DNA from: the human T2T-CHM13v2.0 reference genome, Homo sapiens
Assembly (NCBI RefSeq): GCF_009914755.1
Contig: NC_060933.1
Length of the DNA: 64,000 nt
Strand: one strand, 5' to 3'
The position numbers and the translations under genes were made by a program. Under the pieces are notes generated by a model. The model was not told the origin of the DNA, did not search any database, and saw only the letters and a list, made by a program, of their open reading frames with translations. Below are positions 56,580 through 64,000 of this stretch, piece after piece. Position 1 is the stretch's first letter. Each line of letters starts with the position of its first letter.

Positions 56580-59500
56580 CAACCAGAGTACAATGGAATG
56601 GAATGGAATGGAATGGAATGGAATGCAATGGAATGGAATCTTCCGGAATGGAATGGAATGGAATGGAATGGAATGGAATGCAGTGGATTCAACTCGATTG
56701 CAATGGAATGGAATAGAATGGAATGGAATGGAATGGAATGGAATTAAACCGAATAGAATGGAATGGAATGGAATGGAACGGAACGGAACGGAACGGAACG
56801 GAACGGAGTGGAATGGAATGGAATGGAATTGTATGGAATGGAATGGAATGGAACGGAATAGAATGGAATGGAAAGAATTGGAATGGAATGGAATCGAATG
56901 GAATGGAATGGAATGGAATGGAATCAACCCGAGTGCAGGGGTATGTAATGGAATGGAATGCAATGGAATGGAATCATCCGGAATGGAATGGAATGGAATG
57001 GAATGGAACGGAATGGAATGGAATCAACCCGAGTGCAATGGAATGGAGTGGAATGGAATGGAATGGAATGGAACAACCCGAATGGAATGGAATGTAATGG
57101 AGAGTAAGGGAGTTGAATAGAATCAATCCGAATGTAATGGAATGGAACGGAATGGAATGGAATGGAATCGAATGGAATGGAATGGAATGGAATGGAATGC
57201 AATGGAATGGAATCAACCCGAGTACAATGGAACGGAATGTAATGTAATGTAATGAAATGTAATGGAATGGAATGGAATGGAATGGAATCAACCCGAGTGC
57301 AATGGAATGGAGAGGAATGGAATGGAATGGAATGGAAACTACCCAAATGGAATGGAATGTAATGGAGTGTAAGGGAATTGAATAGAATCAATCCGAAAGG
57401 AATGGAATGGAATGGAACGGAATGGAATGGAATGGAATGCAATGGAATGGAATCATCCGGAATGGAATGGAATGGAATGCAATGGAATGGAATGGAATGG
57501 AATCAACCCGAGTGCAATGGAATGGAGTGAAATGGAATGGAATGGAATGGAGACAACAAGAATGGATTGGAATATAATGGAGTGTAAGGGAATTGAATAG
57601 AATCAATCTGAATGTAATGAAATGGAATGGAACGGAATAGAATGGAATGGAATGGAATGGAATGGAATGGAATGGAATGGAATGCAATGGAATGGAATCA
57701 ACCAGAGTGCAATCGAATGGAATCGAATGGAATGGAATGCAATGGAATGGAATGGAATGGAATCAACTCGATTGCAATCGAATGGAATGGAATGGAATTA
57801 ACCCGAATAGAATGGAATGGAATGGAATGGAATGGAATGGAACGGAACGGAATGGAATGGATTGGAATGGAATGGAATGGAATGGAATGGAACGGAAAGG
57901 AATGGAATGGAATGGAATGGAATGGAATGGAATGGAATGGAATGGAATGGAATGGAATCAATGCGAGTGCAGGGGAATGGAATGGAATGGAATGCAATGG
58001 AATGGAATCTTCCGGAATGGAATGGAATGGAATGGAATGGAATGGAATGGAATGGAATTAACCCGAGTGCAATGGAATGGAGTGGAATGAAATGGAATGG
58101 AATGGAACAACCCGAATGGAATGGAATGTAATGGAGAGTAAGGGAGTTGAATAGAATCAATCCGAATGTAATGGAATGGAATGGAAGGGAATGGAATGGA
58201 ATGGAATGCAATGCAATGGAATGGAATGCAATGGAATGGAATCAACCCGAGTGCAATCGAATGGAATCGAATGGAATGGAATGCAATGGAATGGATTCAA
58301 CTTGAATGGAATGGAAAGAATGGATTCAACACGAGTGGAATGGCATGGATTGGAATGGAATGGAATGGAATCAACCCGAGTACAGGGGAATGGAATGGAA
58401 TGGAATGCAATGGAATGGAATCATCCGTAATGGAATGGAAAGGAATGGAATGGAATGGAATGGAATGGAATGGAATGGAATGGAATGGAATGAAATCAAC
58501 TCGATTGCAATCGAATGGAATGGAATGGAATTAACCCGAATAGAATGGCATGGAATGGAATGGAGCGGAACGGAATGGAATGGAATGGAATGGAACGGAA
58601 CGGAATGGAATGGAATGGAATGGAATGGAATGGAATGGAATCAACGCGAGTGCAGGGGAATGGAATGGAATGGAATGCAATGGAATGGAATCTTCCGGAA
58701 TGGAATGGAATGGAATAGAATGGAATGAAATGCAATGGATTCAACTCGATTGCAATGGAATGGAATAGAATGGAATGGAATGGAATGGAATGGAATGGAA
58801 TGGAATGGAATTAACCCGAATAGAATGGAATGAAATGGAATGGAACGGAATGGAACGGAATGGAATGGAATGGAATGCAATGGAATGGTATGGAATGGAA
58901 TGGAATGGTACGGAATAGAATGAAATGGAACGAATTGTAATGGAATGGAATTGAATGGAATGGAATGGAATGGAATCAACGCGAGTGCAGGGGAATGTAA
59001 TGGAATGGAATGCAATGGAATGGAATCATCCGGAATGGAATGGAATGGAATGGAATGGAATGGAATCAACCCGAGTGCAATTGAATGGAGTGGAATGGAA
59101 TGGAATGGAATGGAACAACCCGAATGGAATGGAATGTAATGGAGAGTAAGGGAGTTGAATAGAATCAATCCGAATGTAATGGAATGGAATGCAACGGAAT
59201 GGAATGGAATGTAATGGAATGGAATGCAATGGAATAGAATCAACCCGAGTACAATGGAATGGAATGGAATGGAATGGAATACCTTCAAACCGAATGGAAT
59301 GGAAAGGAATGGAATCAACACGAGTGGAATGGAATGGAATGGAATGGAATGGAATGGAATGGAATGGAATGGAATGGAATCAACACGATTGCAATCGAAT
59401 GGAATGGAATGGAATTAACCCGAATAGAATGGAATGGAATGGAATGGAACGGAACGGATTGGAATAGAATGGAATTGAACGGAACGGAATGGAATGGAAT

Positions 59501-60560
59501 GGAATGGAATGGAATGGAATGGAATCAACGTGAGTGCAGGGGAATGGAATGGAATGGAATGCAATGGAATGGAATCTTCCGGAATGGAATGGAATGGAAT
59601 GGAATGGAATGAAATGCAATGGATTCAACTCGATTGCAATGGAATGGAATAGAATGGAATGGAATGGAATGGAATGGAATTAATCCGAATTGAATGGAAT
59701 GGAATGTAATGGAAAGGAATGGAACGGAATGGAATGGAATGGAATGGTATGGAATGGAATGGAATGGTACGGAATAGAATGGAATGGAACGAATTGTAAT
59801 GGAATGGAATTGAATGGAAAGGAATGGAATGGAATCGAATCAACGAGAGTGCAGGGGAATGTAAAGGAACGGAATGCAATGTAAAGGAATCATACGGAAT
59901 GGAATGGAATGGAATGGAATGGTATGGAATCAACCCGAGTGCAATGGAATGGAGTGGAATGGAATGGAATGCAATGGAACAACCCGAATGGAATGGAATG
60001 TAATGGAGAGTAAGGGAGTTGAATAGAATCAATCCGAATGTAATGGAATGGAATGCAACGGAATGGAATGGAATGGAATGGAATGGAATGGAATGCAATG
60101 GAATGGAATCAACTTGAGTACAATGGAATGGAATGGAATGGAATGGAATGGAATGGAATGGAATAAAATGGAATGATACGGAATAGAATGGAATGGAACG
60201 AAATGGAATGGAATGGAAGGGAATGGAATGGAATCGTTCCGAGTGCAATAGGAGGGAATGTATTCGAGTGGAATGGAAAGGAATGTAATCAACCAGAGTG
60301 GAATGGAAGGGAATGGAATGGAATGGAAACTAATAGAATGGAATCAACCCAAGTGGAATGGAATGGAAAGGACTGGAATGGAATGGAATGGAATGGAATC
60401 AACTCGATTGTAATGGAATGGAATGGAATGGAATGGAATGGAATGGAATGGAATCAACCCGAGTGCAGGGGAATGGAATGGAATGGAATGCAATGGAATG
60501 GAATCATCCGGAATGGAATGGAATGGAATGGAATGGAATGGAATGGAATGGAATCAACTC
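56580..60560 (+). repeat. Colinear, internally deleted copy of about 46630-54345
   Basis: 56580-57730 matches 46630-47850 (GGGTATGTAAT, CTACCCAAAT, TCCGAAAGG, GGAGACAACAAG; offset about 9.9 kb). 57820-58960 matches 50600-51740 (offset about 7.2 kb). 59370-60560 matches 53210-54345 (CAACACGATT, CAACGTGAGT, CAACGAGAGT, CATACGG, CAACTTGAGTAC, CAACCCAAGT; offset about 6.15-6.2 kb). Confidence 0.8.
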
Positions 60561-60749
60561 GATTGCAATGGAATGGAATGGAATGGAAAGGAATGGAAGG
60601 GAATGCAATGGAATGTAATCAACACGAGTGCAGGGGAATGGAATGGAATGGAATGCAATGGAATGGAATCATCCGGAATGGAATGGAATGGAATGGAATG
60701 GAATGGAATGGTATCAACTCGATTGCAATGGAATGGAATGGAATGGAAA

Positions 60750-61630
60750 GGAATGGAAGGGAATGGAATGGAATGTAATCAACCCGAGTGCAGGGGAATG
60801 GAATGGAATGGAATGCAATGGACTGGAATCATCCGGAATGGAATGGAATGGAATGGAATGCAATCAACCCCATGCAATGGAATGGAGTGGAATGGAATGG
60901 AATGGAATGGAAACATCCCTAGTGGAATAGAATGGAATGGAGTGTAAAGGAATTGAATAGAATCAATCCGAATGTAATGGAATGGAATGGAATGAAATGG
61001 AATGGAATGGAATGGAATGGAATCAACCCGAGTGCAATGGAATGGATTTGAATGGGATGGAATTGAATGGAATGGATTCAACAAGAATGGAATGGAAAGG
61101 AATGGAATCAACCCGAGTGTAATGGCATGGAATGGAATGGAATGGAATGGAATGGGATGGAATGGAATGGTATGGAATAGAATGGAATGGAATGAAATGG
61201 AATGGAATGGAATTTAATGGAATGGAATGGAATGAACCTGTGTGCAATGTAATGGAATGTAATGGAATGGAATGGATTCAACTCGAATGGAATCAACACG
61301 ATTGCAATGGAATGGAATGGAATGGAAAGGAATAGAATGGAATCAACCCGAGTGGAATGGAATGGAAAGGACTGGAATGGAGTGGAATGGAATAGAATGG
61401 AATTTACCCGAATAGAATGGAATGGAATGGAATGGAACGGAATGTAATGGAATGGAATGGAATGGATTCAACCCGAGTGCAGGGGAATGGAATGGAATGG
61501 AATGCAATGGAATGGAATCATCCGGAATGGAATGGAATTGAATGGAATGGAATGGAATGGAATGTAATCAACTCGATTTCAATGGAATGGAATGGAATAG
61601 AATGGAATGGAATTAACACGAATAGAACGG
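60750..61630 (+). repeat. Diverged paralog of about 1650-2560 (offset about 59.1 kb)
   Basis: Shared order of rare motifs: GTAATCAACCCG, CAACCC(G/C)ATGCAAT, GGAAACATCCC, GAGTGTAATGGCAT, TGAACC(C/T)GTGTGCAATGTAAT, CTCGATTTCAAT and TTAACACGAAT. Confidence 0.75.
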
Positions 61631-64000
61631 AATGGAATTGAATGGAATGGAATGGTACGGAATAGAATGGAATGGAAGGAATTGGAATGGAATGGAATCG
61701 AATGGAATGGAATGGAATGGAATGGAATCAACCCGAGTGCAGGGGAATGTAATGGAACGGAATGCAATGGAATGGAATCACCCGGAATGGAATGGAATGG
61801 AATGGAATGCAATGGAATGGAATGGAATGGAATCAACCCGAGTGCAATGGAATGGAGTGGAATGGAATGGAATGGATTGGAACAACCCGAATGGAATGGA
61901 ATGTAATGGAGAGTAAGGGAGTTGAATAGAATCAATCCGAATGTAATGGAATGGAACGGAATGGAATGGAATGGAATGGAATGGAATGGAATGGAATGGA
62001 ATGCAATGGAATCCAATGGAATGGAATCAACCCGAGTACAATGGAATGGAATGGAATGGAATGGAATGGAATCAACCCGAGTGCAATGGAATGGAGAGGA
62101 ATGGAATGGAATGGAATGGAATGGAAACTACCCAAATGGAATGGAATGTAATGGAGTGTAAGGGAATTGAATAGAATCAATCCGAATGGAATGGAATGGA
62201 ATGGAACGGAATGTAATGGAATGGAATGGAATGGAATCAACCAGAGTGCAGGGGAATGGAATGGAATGGAATGCAATGGAATGGAATCATCCGGAATGGA
62301 ATGGAATGGAATGCAATGGAATGGAATGGAATGGAATCAACCCGAGTGCAATGGAATGGAGAGGAATGGAATGGAATGGAATGGAAACTACCCGAATGGA
62401 ATCGAATGTAATATAGTGTAAGGGAATTGAATAGAATCAATCCAAATGTAATGGAATGGAATGGAACGGAATGGAATGGAATGGAATGGAATAGAACGGA
62501 ATGGAATGCAATGGAATGGAATCAACCCGAGTACAATCGAATGGAATCGAATTGAATGGAATGCAATGGAATGGATTCAACTTGAATGGAATGGAAAGAA
62601 TGGAATCAACACGAGTGGAATGGCATGGATTGGAATGGAATGGAATGGAATCAACCCGAGTACAGGGGAATGGAATGGAATGGAATGCAATGGAATGGAA
62701 TCATCAGTAATGGAATGGAAAGGAATGGAATGGAATGGAATGAACTCGATTGCAATCGAATGGAATGGAATGGAATTAACCCGAATAGAATGGAATGGAA
62801 TGGAAAGGAACGGAATGGAACGGAATGGAATGGAATGGAATGGAATGGAATGGAATGGAATGGAATCAACGCGAGTGCACGGGAATGGAATGGAATGGAA
62901 TGCAAAGGGATGGAATCTTCCGGAATGGAATGGGATGGAATGGAATGGAATGCAATGGATTCAACTCGATTGCAATGGAATGGAATAGAATGGAATGGAA
63001 TGGAATGGAATGGAATTAACCCTAATAGAATGGAATGGAATGGAATGGAACGGAATGGAACGGAACGGAATGGAATGGAATGGAATGGAATGGTATGGAA
63101 TGGAATGGAATGGTACGGAATAGAATGGAATGGAACGAATTGGAATGGAGTGGAATTGAATGGAATGGAATGGAATGGAATGGAATCAACGCTAGTGCAG
63201 GGGAATGTAATAGAATGGAATGCAATGGAATGGAATCATCCGGAATAGAATGCAATGGAATGGAGTGGAATGGAATCAACCCGAGTGCAATGGAATGGAG
63301 TGGAATGGAATGGAATGGAATGGAACAACCCGAATGGAATGGAATGTAATGGAGAGTAAGGGAGTTGAATAGAATCAATCCGAATGGAATGGAATGTAAT
63401 TGAGAGTAAGGGAGTTGAATAGAATCAATCCGAATGTAATGGAATGGAATGGAACGGAATGGAATTGAATGGAATGGAATGGAATGCAATGGAAAGGAAT
63501 CAACCCGATTACAATGGAATGAAATGGAATGGAATGGAATGGAATTGAATGGAATGGAATGGCTTCAAACCGAATGGAATGGAAAGGAATGGAATCAACT
63601 CGAGTGGAATGGAATGGAATGGAATGGAATGGAATGGAATGGAATGGTACGGAATAGAATGGAATGGAACGAAATGGAATGGAATGGAATGGAATGGAAT
63701 GGAATGGAATGGAATGGAATGGAATGGAATGGAATCAACTCGATTGCAATCGAATGGAATGGAATGGAATTAACCCGAATAGAATGGAATGGAATGGAAT
63801 GGAACGGAATGGAATGGAATGGAATGGAATGGAATGGAATGGAATGGAACGGAAAGGAATGGAATGGAATGGAGTGGAATGGAATGGAATGGAATGGAAT
63901 CAACGCGAGTGCAGGGGAATGGATTGGAATGGAATGCAATGGAATGGAATCTTCCGGAATGGAATGGAATAGAATGGAATAGAATGGAATCAACCCGAGT

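Larger units (their letters stand above)
4658..63753. repeat. Recurrent perfect 14-bp palindrome TCGATTGCAATCGA (about 30 copies)
   Basis: Examples at 4658-4671, 5431-5444, 7548-7561, 8237-8250, 11932-11945, 12810-12823, 14393, 15261, 17409, 21441 and 63740-63753. The sequence is its own reverse complement. Confidence 0.9.
2937..63960. promoter_or_regulatory. Dispersed perfect heat-shock elements nGAAn-nTTCn-nGAAn (mostly GGAAT-CTTCC-GGAAT)
   Basis: 15-bp matches start at about 2937, 4834, 6176, 7739, 8428, 10087, 11120, 12133, 13001, 14589, 15462, 16087, 17770, 18738, 21657, 23374, 24442, 25435, 27443, 30417, 31689, 32269, 32937, 34309, 34972, 35442, 36115, 37393, 39131, 40887, 43093, 44630, 45200, 46217, 46711, 48269, 49846, 50780, 51473, 52093, 53413, 54942, 56635, 58004, 58687, 59571, 62912 and 63946 (hand count). 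The motif match is direct; HSF1 occupancy is inferred. Confidence 0.6.
1..64000 (+). repeat. Satellite III (HSat3) tandem array, (GGAAT)n with CAACCCGAGT-family spacers; G-rich strand on +
   Basis: GGAAT pentamers run from base 1 to 64000, interrupted by CAACCCGAGT and variants, the classical human Satellite III signature. HSat2-type CATTCGATTC periodicity is not dominant. No strand switch or unique sequence was seen. The longest pure tract I found is (GGAAT)14 at 41600-41669. Confidence 0.98.
1..64000 (+). ncRNA. Probable template for stress-induced SatIII/HSATIII (GGAAU)n lncRNA, 9q12-like HSat3; transcript boundaries undefined
   Basis: Established knowledge: HSF1 drives G-rich SatIII transcripts from pericentromeric HSat3, mainly 9q12, to form nuclear stress bodies. 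Seen: AATCAACCCGAGTGCAATCGAATGGAATCG (e.g. 4422-4451, many copies), which I recall from pHuR98-derived SatIII oligos (unverified), plus about 48 perfect HSEs. Transcription of this particular window cannot be shown from sequence. Confidence 0.45.

Noticed and set aside
210-63920. G-quadruplex potential from GCAGGGG, AAGGG and GGAGGG runs
   Set aside because: Runs of three or more G are isolated and usually tens to hundreds of bp apart. No four-tract G3 cluster was seen.
3-63993. Hundreds of ORFs of 60-478 aa on both strands
   Set aside because: They are a direct consequence of a stop-free 5-bp repeat (MEWNG / IPFHS in all frames). They overlap in all six frames and show no domain, codon structure or gene context.
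1-64000. CRISPR-like repeat-spacer appearance
   Set aside because: The spacers are 5-45 bp, re-used many times and derived from the pentamer. The repeat tracts vary in length, and there are no cas genes or leader.
1-64000. GGAA microsatellite / EWS-FLI1 response element
   Set aside because: Those elements need consecutive tetrameric (GGAA)n. Here the period is 5 and no tetramer runs were seen.
1-64000. Alpha satellite, CENP-B boxes, HSat2, or embedded Alu/L1/LTR
   Set aside because: There is no 171-bp AT-rich monomer, no CENP-B box match, no dominant CATTCGATTC pattern and no stretch departing from the pentamer lattice.
1-64000. Inversion or strand switch
   Set aside because: GGAAT polarity is constant. 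ATTCC/CTTCC occur only as isolated pentamers inside fixed modules.

Overview
The whole 64-kb window is one uninterrupted, single-orientation array of human-type classical Satellite III (HSat3). It consists of (GGAAT)n tracts of up to about 14 perfect units, broken by a small recurring vocabulary of spacers (CAACCCGAGT, CAACTCGATT, CAACGCGAGT, CAACACGAGT, TAACCCGAAT, CATCC/CTTCC, GGAGAGTAAGGGAGTTGAATAGAATCAATCCG and others). I find no protein-coding gene, RNA gene, transposon or CRISPR array. All listed ORFs are the poly(MEWNG)/poly(IPFHS) read-outs expected from a 5-bp repeat. The spacer vocabulary resembles the chromosome 9q12-type HSat3 that templates heat-induced SatIII RNA and nuclear stress bodies; this assignment is from recall and needs alignment. 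Structure found by reading the sequence: (1) about 48 perfect three-unit heat-shock elements (nGAAn-nTTCn-nGAAn) made by a single CTTCC pentamer variant, with degenerate alleles at the same slot; (2) about 30 copies of a perfect 14-bp CpG palindrome, TCGATTGCAATCGA; (3) an ordered module grammar; (4) about 99 slips of the 5-bp register, all -1; (5) multi-kb duplications eroded by internal deletions, one with an out-of-order insert; (6) an HSE-free subfamily island present twice, plus a partial third copy. All counts and boundaries are hand-derived and approximate.
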